Below, one piece after another: positions 24,501-38,307 of a DNA stretch of 64,000 bases. The position numbers were made by a program, and so were the translations under genes. The stretch is from NCBI GenBank assembly GCA_000165425.1, contig CT868096.1, forward strand, positions 764,601 through 828,600. Direction: 5' to 3'. Origin of the DNA: Paramecium tetraurelia. Lineage: Eukaryota. How positions within the stretch are numbered: the first letter of the stretch is position 1; every line of letters starts with the position of its first letter. The notes below the pieces were generated by a model. The model was not told the DNA's origin. It was given only the letters and a program-made list of their open reading frames with translations, and did no database searches.

Positions 24501-26967
24501 GATGCTTAACAAAAAGGCAAAGTTAGTGTAGAGAGGTAATCCTGTATTTGATTATTAGCCTTTAGATTACTAAAGTTCAGAGCCATAATACACCAGAAGT
24601 GTTTGATAAGAAGAAGAAGAAGACAAGCATTGCTTGAATCGTAAAAAGTTGTGGTCAAACAATATTACTTTGACGAGATTAAGAAACCTCAAGCATATAC
24701 AACAATTGAAATTATAAAAAAAAGAGGAGAAACTCCGATTCTTTTAAAATCAATTCACATTGATTCAGTGCTTTATGAATGGATACTAGTGCTGCCTTAT
24801 TAGGATATTGTGGTGACAGCATACTCAATTCCAAGGTAATTTTATCAAATAAAATATAACGAATATACAAATCACTATATGGATATAGTTTTATCAGAAT
24901 CAGTTGAAAAAATTCAATAGTATTTTAGTTATCCTATAGAAAAATTTCATCCATCAGAGAAAGTAGAATTTATTACAGAATTGAGAGAGTAATTTAGTAA
25001 GAAAGTTATAAGAATTGTAAGATTGAAATTATTCCTTAAAAAAATCAAAGATACTCCAGTGACTAAGAAATTCTTAATAAGGACATTTGTGAATGAGTTT
25101 TATGTCTAAATAAATTACTTTTACAATAAGGTTGACTAAAAGATTATTATATTGCTGTAGAAAGAGAAACGCAAAAGAAAATATCTCTTGGATTTGCATT
25201 ACTTAGATTGCTTCTTTGGAAATTATCATGGATTGAAATACCTGGATAAGGAGATGTTTATAAAACTCTTAACTTTAAATGAGCCAAAAAGTTATCATAA
25301 GTATAGAATACTATTAATGCCAATGATTAATGTTCTCCATCTTTACATAATGATAAATGCAGAATTAGACTTATAATTTTAATATAAAGATTTTGAGATA
25401 CCTTTGACAGAAGAGATCAATGAGAAATTTTATACATCTTCCTAAGGATTTTATATGATTACAAATGAATCATAATCTAGACTTTTACCAACAATCATAT
25501 CATTGTAGGCAAAATGGAGACTATGTCAATAATAAAAAAAATATTAATTAATGCTTTTTAGATGTACGAGAATGAAGATCAAAATGATGAATAAGAAAGG
25601 TAAGGAAGTTTAGAAGACATTTTTGAGGAGAAAAGATATCAGTGATGATAAAGAGAGTGATATCATGTACATTTGTAGTATTTATCAGTCTAAAGATCAT
25701 CAAGTAGTAAGAGTTAGAGTAGAACTGAGAGCTTACAAAAGTAAGTAAGAACAAGAATTATTCAATTGTTTCACAATAGAGCCATATTCAATTCTATTAA
25801 ATGAATAACTAAGTTAATATGTGTTGAAGAATATCTACATAGAAAACAATATTTTACTTTTGAGGTAGAATTATACTTAAAAAATTGAGATTCCATAGGA
25901 GTTTTAATAGAAATAATTGAAATTGATCACTAAGAAACCATCATCTCCAAAACTCATCTACCATTAAAAAAGATAATATTCTTAAGGCAAGCAATTCATA
26001 TATGATGCAATTCACACTGGGGAAATGCCTCAACAATAGAAGACGACATAAGAGACTAGAAATATGATAAAGATTGATATTGATTTGAAGGAGTTAAAAT
26101 CCTAATATCCAGGAGTTAATTATAAACAAACTAATATCTTATCATAACTATCAGAATAACTAATCACAGGATTTAAGGTTGACAAACAAACAATTATTTC
26201 AAAGCCTCTATAAAAGAGAGGAATTAAAATATAAGGAAATTGTCAAAATGAAGAAAAAGGAAAGGAATTAAATATTGCTGAGAGTGTCAAACAATAAAAT
26301 ACCCTTTTATTAAGATTCACTTAATTCTACAATAATCTAAGATATATGATTGTGATTTCATAACTTGACATACCTATTGAGGGCTATGAGAAATTAGATT
26401 CAGTTTATGAACCTTATCATTCATATATAAATATTACCGCCCAAAATTAATTGAATAATAATAGAATAATTTGGTAGATGAATTTACAATAGGCTAATAA
26501 AATAACAAATTAATAGGATTTAAAGGAAATTGCCGCAACGATCAAACTTAATATATTAGTGTTGGAAGATAAATTTGTCTATGTGGCTGATTTTGAGATT
26601 ATTGAATTTGATTATGTGCTTATGATTAAGAGGAATACCATGAATGTAATTTAAAGGATGTTGAAGAATAAGAAATTCAATAAATTAAGAAAAGAATTTG
26701 AAGTGGAGGTTCGATAATTGAAGGAGAGTGATAATCAATTCTGGAATAACATGTATTTAATAATTATGAATTAGAATTTATTATGGTATTAATCAATTTC
26801 AGTCCAATGATTACTTCATCTGCATTGGAATCGAGAGACGTCAATATTTGTTGTTGGCTTGGAACATCAAAGACTATTAGCGCTATACTCTGACTATGTA
26901 TAAGAAGAAAGCATTTCATGAGCAATTGGAATAGATAAGGTTTATTAATCAAAATTTGGAATTGTGA
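21562..26967 (+). CDS. Large TPR plus dispersed multi-IQ-motif protein, with one apparent frameshift near 21899
   Basis: N-terminal TPR-like helices. IQ-like motifs (KIQKWYR, KIQRSYRR, KLQSLLRGYLAR, KIQRVLR, LVQRAFR, SLQAKWR). Frame open from 21900 to TGA 26965-26967 after removing tiny introns. Start codon uncertain. Confidence 0.75.
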
Positions 26968-26973
26968 TTTAAT

Positions 26974-27606
26974 ATGGAATAAAATTATATTAAACTTGTT
27001 ATAGTTGGTGAAAGCGGAGTTGGAAAAACACAAATTCTGAATTCTTATTGTTTTGGATTGGCCCCACAAGCAGCTTCTGATTTCACAATAGGATGTGATT
27101 ATGTACTGAAGAGAGTTCTTTTGAATGGTAAATTCTTAAAATTGTAAATCTGGGATGTATCTGGGGCTGAAAGAGAGTCTCCTTTAATGAAAATATATTT
27201 GAAAGGTGCATTGGGAATCATATTTGTATTTGATGTAACAAATGAAATGAGCAGATAATAATTAGTAAAATGGTAAAATATAGTTTATCAATATGTTGAT
27301 GAATATAATGGAAGACACATTCCATTCTTGATTGTTTAGAATAAAATGGATTTGGTCCATCAATATGATGATTAAAATTAACAGTAATTTCTGTAGTAAT
27401 TTTGTTAAACTTTTGGTTTCTTTGATGGAGTGTAATGTTCAGCATTTGATAATCAAGGGTTGAAGAATGTCTTCGAAACAATAGTTGATGAAATCATTAG
27501 AAGAGATCTAGTGGAATTGTAATAGAAAAAAAATGAAAGTAAAATAAGTAAACTGTAAATAGAAGACAAAGGATTGAAACTAAAATAGAAATCAAGATGT
27601 TCATGA
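26974..27606 (+). CDS. Divergent Rab-family GTPase
   Basis: GESGVGKT, FTIGCDY, LQIWDVSGAE, NKMD, CSA, C-terminal SRCS*. Intronless, 633 nt. Confidence 0.9.
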
Positions 27607-27649
27607 TTAATATATGGATATATCTTCGAATAACAATATTTATTAAATC

Positions 27650-28335
27650 AATTACTTTCCAAAAACACAAAATGCATGGATCTAATAGTTTCTTTTGGAT
27701 TTATAAATACTACTTCAGTATTTCTCTATCAAATAATTGCCCATTCATTTTGGATTTTAATACCAATTCAATAAGACACTATTTCCTTACTTTCAAAAGA
27801 ATAATGTAAATTACTCAGTGAAACAAACAATATAAAATTTGATTATTATTCTTTTCTCCTTCTGCATTAAGATAGTACTTTTATAGTTCCAAATATTCAA
27901 TATTCGACTAAGCAATTATTCTATTGCTACTAACACTATTCTCTTTGTAAAAAAGTTTTTAAGCATCCTTTTCTTTAAATATTTATTTTATAATTCTAGC
28001 TAATTATCTTTCAATTAGTAGTTTTGCTTATAATAATACGATATTGATTTTCATTTGTTTCAAAATCCTTATTATCAGATGTACTATTTCTACTTTGCAC
28101 CTTATTAATAAACCTTTCTTTATTCCAATTAATAATTGTTCTTTCATTTTCTTTTGTAATCATATAATTGATTTCTTCTAATTATAATAGATACCCAACT
28201 AATTATTGGTTGTATAATTTCCGCTCCATCAATTTTAACCGCTATCCATATATTCTATAATTATAATAATCTATGTTATGTTTCTATTTTATCTATTATT
28301 ATTGTTAAAATAAATCTTCTAAAACTTATTCCATT
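27650..28335 (-). pseudogene. Probable pseudogene (frameshifted coding remnant)
   Basis: Begins MEQVLEDLFQQQ with an intron-like segment. Protein-like reading shifts between frames and is interrupted by TGA. Boundaries approximate. Confidence 0.35.
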
Positions 28336-29802
28336 AAGAATTAAGTAAATAATTAATATACTGAGCTTCTTGATGAAGTTTGATTTGATATACAAAAAAA
28401 TTTAAAGACATTTTAGAATTTTTAGTAATTTCTATACATTTTAGCTGTTATTATATGATTTAGATAAGTTGTCTGGAATTAGGAATGGTTGAAAAATATA
28501 AAGGATAAGTAGAATAAAAATATGATTGCAAAGGACTAAATGAATTCTAAATATGAAAAAAACAAATTTTCAAATTTTGATATAATAATATTACCCATTA
28601 TTTAAACTTATACCTTTTAATTTAGTTGATAATTCATCAATAAAAACTGGACTTATATTTAGAAATTTATAAAAGTTATTGATCAATAATAATATAGTCT
28701 GAGGTAAAACTCAAAGATGAAAATAAAATCTAATAATCCCGCCAATTATTATATTATTGTAAAAATCATAATTAAATTCTAATCCAAGATTTACCCATAA
28801 AGCAGTATTTATTGTTACCAATAAATTCATACATCTTTAAAGATGATTATTATATTCAAGTTTTAAAGGTATAATAGATTTGGTTAAATTGAGTCATTAG
28901 CTTCGGTTATATTTACCAAAGAAAAACCAAATAAAAAAAAATTAATATAGTTGATATTCTCAATTATATAAATTAGAATTAAGTTTATTCTTATAAAACA
29001 TATTATCCCAACAACTAATCCTAATTATTAATAGAAAATAAATTTCTATTTCACTCACATTAATTTTTGATAACTTAATTAAAATTCCTTTAATATCACC
29101 ACATTTGAGCTCTACAGTAAGAAAATAAATCTTGAAAGATAAATGTTCAAACTTGAATTTGTCTCATTTTGAGTCTATGAATGCATATAAAATAAGCTCA
29201 TTTACTTGATCAAAAACTATTAATTAAGTATAATTCAATATCAAATTATTTAATTAATGAAATTTACGGAATTTGACAAAAATAAAAATTTCATGTAATG
29301 TTTTAACTCTTGTCTATTTAAAATACAATTTCTATTTTTCTTAGATAACTTGCTTGTATTAGGTTTCATGATAACCTGTAAACGTAAGAATATCAAAAAT
29401 TATAATAATTGTGATTGTGGTTTGATGATGAGTCTAATAATTTAAAAATTTTAATAGTGACTTAATTCATGATGAATGTGTTTTCTCATTTATTTATTAT
29501 GATGGATAGCAATTATGTGTTAAAATGAATAAATTATTTTATATAATATATTTTTAGAAAAAGGATATTCAAAAATCTTAAAATAGTAGTGAATGAATAT
29601 TATTGTTGATTATAAGTTAGCTCAATAATAAGAATTTAGGAAATTTATTATAAATATACGCAGACCATTATAGTGCAAAATAAAGTTTTGAAGATCAAAT
29701 TAAATAATAGATAATAAAATTTATCATTTGATAGTGTAAGGAATTATTGTATTTATTAATCAAAAGTAATTTAAATATGTATTATTATTAATAACATATA
29801 TT

Positions 29803-30287
29803 ATGATAAATGATTTAGATATTAACTTGTGTCCCCTTTCTCCTTTAGAATTCCAGACTAATCAACAACAGCTGATTTCTGAGTAATTCTTGGACGAAAA
29901 TTGTTCAAAAAAATGTAGAGTTAGTTCCCAATGCTTACTTTTTAAAAAGTACTATTTTTAGAATCATTATAGAAAAATTCGTCATAAGAAGTCTAGACCA
30001 TCCATTCTTCGTATCGAAGAGGTCGTTAGAAACGTGAAGATATACAATAATTGCTCCAGCCAATAGAATCTTGAGAATCTAGAAATTATCTAAAACAAAC
30101 CCCTTGTAAAATCTGGTTGACTAGGTTTTGCTTACTTGATCTATATTATTACATACTTAATATAGTCTGATATATATATGATTCTAATCTTATTCAAAAA
30201 TGTTCTAGTTAGGAATCCAAAAATGATGGATTAGATTTTTTTAAGTTAATTTAAAAGAATGTACCTGCCCTCCACTTTGATCTCTGA
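29803..30287 (+). CDS. Hypothetical small protein or remnant
   Basis: Open frame ATG 29803 to TGA 30118-30120. A possible further exon ends at TGA 30285-30287; splice structure unresolved. Confidence 0.35.
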
Positions 30288-30829
30288 CAAAATTTACCTA
30301 GCAAGAGAACAAACAATATGAGAAGATTAAAAATTATCTTAAAAGTTGACAAATATAAAACAATTATATACCTGGTGACTATGGTTTCAAAATTATATAG
30401 AAAGCTTAATTTAATGACGTTCTTTTAGGGTAATTCAAGTGATTCTGATATCTTAAACCTTAAGACTTTAATTGCCTATATTATATAAATGCACCAATAT
30501 TAAATGAAGTGAGAATTAACTAATTTATTTTTGTAAATATCTTGGAAAATTATTATATTTTATGAATAATATGATTTGGATTCATTATTTATTATTAAAA
30601 GAACTTGAAATAATAAATATTAATTTCCTAACGGAATAATTAGATTGTGTGTATATATATTCTCGATGTACCATTTGACAGAATAAAAATATAGTAAAAA
30701 AATGTTGGTATCCTAAAAATGATTGGGAATTTACATTTATAATAAAGGGGTGAATATTAAATTCTACTGGATTTTGTAAAAGGTTGACTTTTAAATAGCA
30801 ATTCGTATTATATAACATATTTATATATT

Positions 30830-31936
<1,107 letters not shown>

Positions 31937-32011
31937 TTTAATATAATTATTTGAACAGATTATTAAAATAAGATATATATATATCCATAAATAATAATAA
32001 AAATCATAACA

Positions 32012-32998
32012 ATGGGTGGAGCTAAAGTTGATTCCAAAGATCCAGTAAGAGGTATCATCTCAGGTAAACTCCCATCTCACTCATTTTTATTTTAGGTGGT
32101 ATCACAGGTGGAATCGAAATATGCATCACATACCCCACTGAGTATATTAAAACCATGATGCAACTCTATAAGGAATACTCATAGAAAGGAGTCAAATATT
32201 GCATCGGTGAAACTTATAGGAATTTTGGAATCCCAGGATTTTATAGAGGCTTAACACCATTGGTCACATTTTCCATTCCTAAAGTCGCTTGCAGATTCGG
32301 TGCAAATGAATGGCTTAAGAACAACGTATTCACTGACAGAAAGAGCAGACTCCAAACATTCTTTGCAGGATTGGGAGCTGGTGTGTTTGAAGCCGTTGTT
32401 GTAGTCACACCCACTGAGACTTTGAAGGTAATAATAAGATTTAGAGACTAGGTCAAATTAATCCATGACAAATTATCCACCACTCCTAAATATAGAGGAA
32501 TGATTCACGGAATTGGATCAATCGTCAATGAAATGGGTTTGTCTGGTATTTATAAGGGATTGGTTCCAACTATTGTAAAACAAGGCAGCAATTAGGGTAT
32601 CAGATTTGTTGTGTTCGAGGATACTAAGAAATTGATATAGGTATGTTCTAAATTTGTATTTATAGAAAAATTTCACATTTTTGCCAGAACCTGTTGTCCT
32701 TCTATTTTCAGGAGGTATTGCTGGTGCAGCATCAGTAATGTGCAATACTCCCGTTGACGTGATTAAGACATAAATGCAAGGCCTTAAAGCTCATTAATAC
32801 AATGGTGTTTTGGATTGTTGTAAATAAACATATCAACATGAAGGAGTCAGAGGATTCTACAAAGGTAGAATAAATATTTCTAAGTTTTTAGGAACTGTAC
32901 CAAGATTGGGCAGAGTTGTTATGGATGTTGCTATTACATTTACACTCTATGATTACATTGGAAGAGCTCTTAATTTAGTTTGGCCACCAAAACATTGA
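32012..32998 (+). CDS. SLC25A1: Mitochondrial tricarboxylate (citrate) carrier, SLC25 family
   Basis: Three carrier signatures ([28 protein letters not shown]). '[10 protein letters not shown]' and 'KQGSNQGIRF' are typical of citrate carriers. Confidence 0.92.
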
Positions 32999-34031
32999 TA
33001 GTTCATATATTTTTATTCAAAAAGTAATATAAATCTATAAATTACTAAATGAAAGACTAAAGAATCTCATTTCTTCATTGAAAATTAAAGAAGAAGCATT
33101 TTTTCAATTTTCCAAAGGCAAAAAAATGATAGATAAAGTTAATAATGGAGTAATTCTTATTATAAAATCATTTAGATATTAGATATATTTTTAGATTTTT
33201 AGAATTTGATCTTCTCTTTATAAATATATAAGTATATCCCTAGTCTTCTTACTATATCACACTTGCTGATAAAGGAGAAATGAAATTTAAGAAATAATAT
33301 TTTAATATAAAAAATATCTTATCCTGTTTGATCAGCTTCAACATCGAATAAAGAAATTATGTTCTTTCAAAATATATCAATATTCAATAATGTTTTTACA
33401 GATACGGGAAGAGTTTGAATTGTTGAATTTAGAACCTGATAAGATTATAAGATTAGTATCAAAGCTAATTAAAATTTAATCTTAATATATTGAAAATTTA
33501 GTAATTATTTCTAAGTGGAAGATAATTCTCTTTTATAATTTTTTAAATCTTTAGTTATTAACTACTTTTGACTGATAATGAATTGCAATTTAATTCTTAT
33601 CTACATTAAATTTCTAGATGATATTATTTAGTTCAAAATAACCAAAGATATTAGATTATTCTATGAATAAAAAATAAATACAATTATATACTACTTATTG
33701 ATTACAAATATGCGATCATGTTTCAAATACTATATTTAAAATTCTTAATACCACATATAATAATAATTATAGTGCTATAATTTATAAATTTCTGTTACAA
33801 ACACCACAAGAATTCAAAATCTTATAAAATTAATAATTTTACAAAATCTTTTAACTATAAAAATGGCATTAAAGATTATTTGGAAGAATTGGGGCTCAGT
33901 GTTTTCTCTATCGCTATTTAATAAGGTTTTTGAAATATACTTAAATGCATTGTTGATTTTTATAATACAATCTCGACTTATTTTGTAATAAATGATGTAT
34001 AAGTATTCATAAAACAATATAAAATTATTAA

Positions 34032-36184
34032 ATGGATATCAAAAGTAAAGGAAGTCAAAAAAGCAGGAAAGAACTTGGAGGTATAAACCAATTGAGTATT
34101 TAGACGAATTAAGTTTGAAAGGGTTATCCCTATTTAAATTAGATGTCAATTATGACTATTTGAAATAATTTTTGGAAGGAGTTTAAGGAGATCTCGAAAA
34201 CCATACTGTTGAGATTGAAGCTATTAAGAAGTTAGTGGGACCTAGTGAAATTTTACTATTAGTTATAAAGATGTTTATTTTAGATTCAAGAATAGTTTCA
34301 ATTATTAAGCGAATCATTATTGTTTACAGATAAGGATATTGAAAAGGATTTATCGAGTTCTTTGCATACCTATATAACTTAGATTTAAGGAAAGTAGAAA
34401 TTTGGTAAAGGAGCTTTGGAGAAGATAATCACTGAATTAAGAGGCAAGCTATTTTCGGTGGTTTCGATGATTCAACATTTGCACAGAGAAAAAATAGTAT
34501 GAGATGAATCTATTATTAGAGATAAGATTAGCGTATTACGAAATTGGAAAATGATATGCTTACTAAATATGATACTAAGGATTGCAAGGAAAAAATGAGA
34601 AAACAAAAGAACTAATTGGAATCATAAATAGATGAACTACAAAAGAGTGGTAGAAATGAATTAGATACAGTTGAGAAAAAGATATCAACTGACATTTAAA
34701 AATTTGAGGAAGCTGTTAGAGATGTAGAAAGGTTAGAAATAATCATAATTTGATAGAAAAACTCTTTGGAAAATTCATGATTGTCAAGATCTATTGTCGA
34801 AGAGAACTAACGAGGAATTTGTTAATGAAGCAATTAGAGCTAGCGAGGATAAACTTTTAAAAGAAGTAATAAAGCTAATTTTACTCTAGATTCAATAAAC
34901 ATAAAATAATGAATAATTAATTAAATTTCAATAAGACGTTGCTTTTATAAGAAGTTAAATTAAAGGATTAGATGATTTAGTAGGAGAGAAATAGTAAAAG
35001 TTGAAATTATAATTTAATGAAATGAATGAATTGTAAATTTAGAATATATCAAAAGATTAAAATATAAAATAAATCTGATTGACAAGTTAGTTGAATCAAA
35101 TAAATAGCAAAGTAATAAAATTATAGATTTGAATAGCAGATTAGCAACTGCCATAAATAAATTAGATGTCTCTAATTAGTTAGATTAACATAGACAAAAA
35201 ATCAAATAATTGGAAGATTAAGTTTAAAAATTGAATGATGAAGCAAAAGAAAGAGTTGAAGCATTAAAAGATATGAACATTAATGCTGAAAATGTAGCAT
35301 TTCTTTTATCTAAAATTGATCCTCATAAAATATGTACTCTTGAAGGGGACATTAAAAAATTAGAATAAATGTCAATTAGAAACAATGTGCATTGGGAAAC
35401 ATTGGATGCTGAGTTTAAATCAAGATATGATAGTTTTTAATTCTTCTCATAATTATATTAATAGCAATAGTAATAGTAAGTGTAAAATACATCAGAAGAA
35501 CAAAAGTTTGTAACCAAAGATGAGATAAATAGAATGTTTGAGTAATTCCATCAATAAGGAAATATTGAAGACGATAAAATCAAAAAGATTCAAAAGGATT
35601 TGTAAGATATTGCTCATAAAGTTGAAAATGCAAATGAAATTGAAAGAAGAGTCACTAGAATCTTTAGAGATCTTGACATAAATAATCTAATTAAATAAGT
35701 AAAAAATAAAGTCAATGAAGATGATATGAAAAGAGAACTACATAATTTAGAAACTAGGTTGGGATAGGCAATAGACACAATTAATTATTTGCGAAGAGAA
35801 ATCGATTCATTATAAGGTATTCACAATAAATAGTTTGAAGTCTAAATCAAGAAAACACCTATGAATATGTAATAATCCGCTTCTCCACCAACAGATTAAA
35901 TTATTGGAGTTGGAACCAAAAGGCTCTATCCTATAAACTGTCTAAGTTGCAGTACAACCAATTAATAAAAAGTACAAATAATTTCTAATTAGGTGAAAGG
36001 AACAGATGGAAAATATTATTAAGCCGATACGAAAAGATAAACTATGGAACAATATTAATAATTTTAAGATATTTAAGATGATTCTCAATAATTCCCTTAA
36101 TCACGTTATTCCTCAAGACCATAATCTGCAGTTGGTAACAAATCTCATAATGGAACTAAGAGACCAATAAGTGCTAAGAAATGA
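34032..36184 (+). CDS. Long coiled-coil protein with C-terminal CLSC motif
   Basis: ATG 34032 to TGA 36182-36184 with multiple tiny introns. Heptad-rich K/E/Q sequence; 'TKRLYPINCLSCS'. Confidence 0.8.
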
Positions 36185-36361
36185 ATTTACAAAAAACATT
36201 ATCATATCTATTTATGAACTAATTATGAAGAAATTAAATATTAAACTCAATTAATCTTTGAACCTTCAAATTTTCAGGTGTAGGTTTCTATATTTTTATA
36301 ACTATTAATTAATTAAGAATTATAAATAATCTTTTCTGTTATCAAATAACATAAAAATAAA

Positions 36362-38085
36362 TCATTTATTAATACTTTATAATGGGGATAGTAAATTTAT
36401 ACCCTTTGATGGTACTTTTTATGGCGTTTTACTGAGTGCATTTGCAGATTAAGGCTGTTGTTATGATATGGAATGTTATTATTAAGGTTAGGACAAAGTA
36501 TTTTGGGGTTTTGGCAAGGTATTATTAAAGTTTTCTTAATTGTTGTAATAAGGTTGAACATAATGTTAGAGAGTTTAAGAAAAGTATTGTTACTGATTAA
36601 ATTATTTCTAATTAACAGCTTCAGAATAATATTCTTGTTATAATGGCTGAAGGTTAGTATAATGCTTAGGAGTAACAAATGTTAAAGCTGGTTGATGAGC
36701 TGATGTTTTTCTGGATTAGTTTTATATTGGACTTCTGCTTATCACCAGAACATTTCTAGAATTATCCGTTACAGTATTAAGTTTTCTTCCTCTTTCATTT
36801 TTGATAGGAGTTTGACTTTAAATCAATATTGGTGGTTTATTTGGACTCTTATGAAACAAACTTAAAGCTGTTGTATTTCTGCTCTGAGCAAGATTTAGAT
36901 ACTTGTTAGATCTATCCAAAATAGGAGAGACACTTCTTTATAAAGGAGTCCTAAATTATGATTGGTTTGATAGATCTCTTTACACTGGAGATTTGCTACT
37001 CCATCCCATGTCAGGTGGTGGAGAGTTAGTCCTTTCAGGTTATTTAGGAGGAGATGTATATCTTCGTATTTTGGATTAGGGTAAGAAACTGCTGCCTTGC
37101 TATGATTACAGATTTGTATCATAAAGGAAATCAGATAGTTTTGGTCTTGATTATTCATCAAATGTTATCAATCTTTACACAAAATCGATCAACTGTTAGG
37201 AATATCTCTTTCTTGCGGATGACAACAGATCCATTATTGATTTAAAATAAATAGTCTTTCTTTGGTAATCTATACAATCTTCCAAAACTCATTATAAATG
37301 ATTAAGAATACTTGAGGTCATGGTCATTAATTCTAGTAAGGTGAGTCCAAATTAAAATGAATCTGTTTTCAACGGGTCGTCTGTTGGATCCACTGATTGG
37401 GTAGCCAAAGAATCCATTTATTCTGGTGATATGTAAACACTGGCATCAGAGTAGGCTAATAATTTAGCATAAGATGTAATTATTTCTGGATAAGCATTAT
37501 GATACTATTTTGTTATTTATTTCAAGTACCAATATTTTAACTTATTTGGAATTATCAATAAAGATTGTTTATGGATTCAAATCTCCATGAAATAAATCTA
37601 ATTTTTGTAAAAATGAACAAGCAGAAACTATCTGTTGAATTATCTAAATGATAATAAAATCAAGTACTTTCCAAATTTCAGATTCCTCCAGATAACTACA
37701 ATTCTTCTTATGAAAACTGATAACATTATCTAAAGTGTTTGGAACATATTCAAAAAAGAATTTGGTTTAAAGGATATTACCTTTAAATGTTAAATAATTG
37801 GATTAGCAGCCATAATATTGTAGAATATTTGGGTGATTCACTTTTTTTCTATCATTATGTTCATTTGTGTTGATATCATGTCGTTATCCACTGTGAGATT
37901 GCTTTTATTATTAGTTTAATAGATACTTTCGAGAAGATTGTGGGATTGCTTTTAGAATCTCTCCTCCATAATTAAATCTATCCTAAATATTTGTGCTACT
38001 TCGATCCAATGCATTCTAAATTATCCTCTAATTTGCCATCCATTGAGATCACTTATTCATTTACATAAGAGGTTTAATTACCCAT
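36362..38085 (-). CDS. Putatively N-myristoylated pseudokinase with Q/S/P-rich tail
   Basis: MGNQTS start, 'NHPNILQYYG', 'FHGDLNPQTIFID', 'YISPEQ', 'DSFQFGLTLLELMT'. DFG is replaced by YHN and there is no glycine loop. 3' end uncertain. Confidence 0.8.
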
Positions 38086-38307
38086 TTTTTAATAATAAAA
38101 TTTGCTGTTATATATAATTATTAAAACTGTAATGTATGAACAATCATATGAGTAATACATCTGATATTCAAACTAATTTGATGAAATCAATTGGTATATA
38201 AAACTAATTGGACATTTTAATTTAGACTGTTTGATAAATTGTATCTATGTATTATTTAATAATAATTCATAAGTAATTATATATATTAATAATAAAATAA
38301 TTATATT

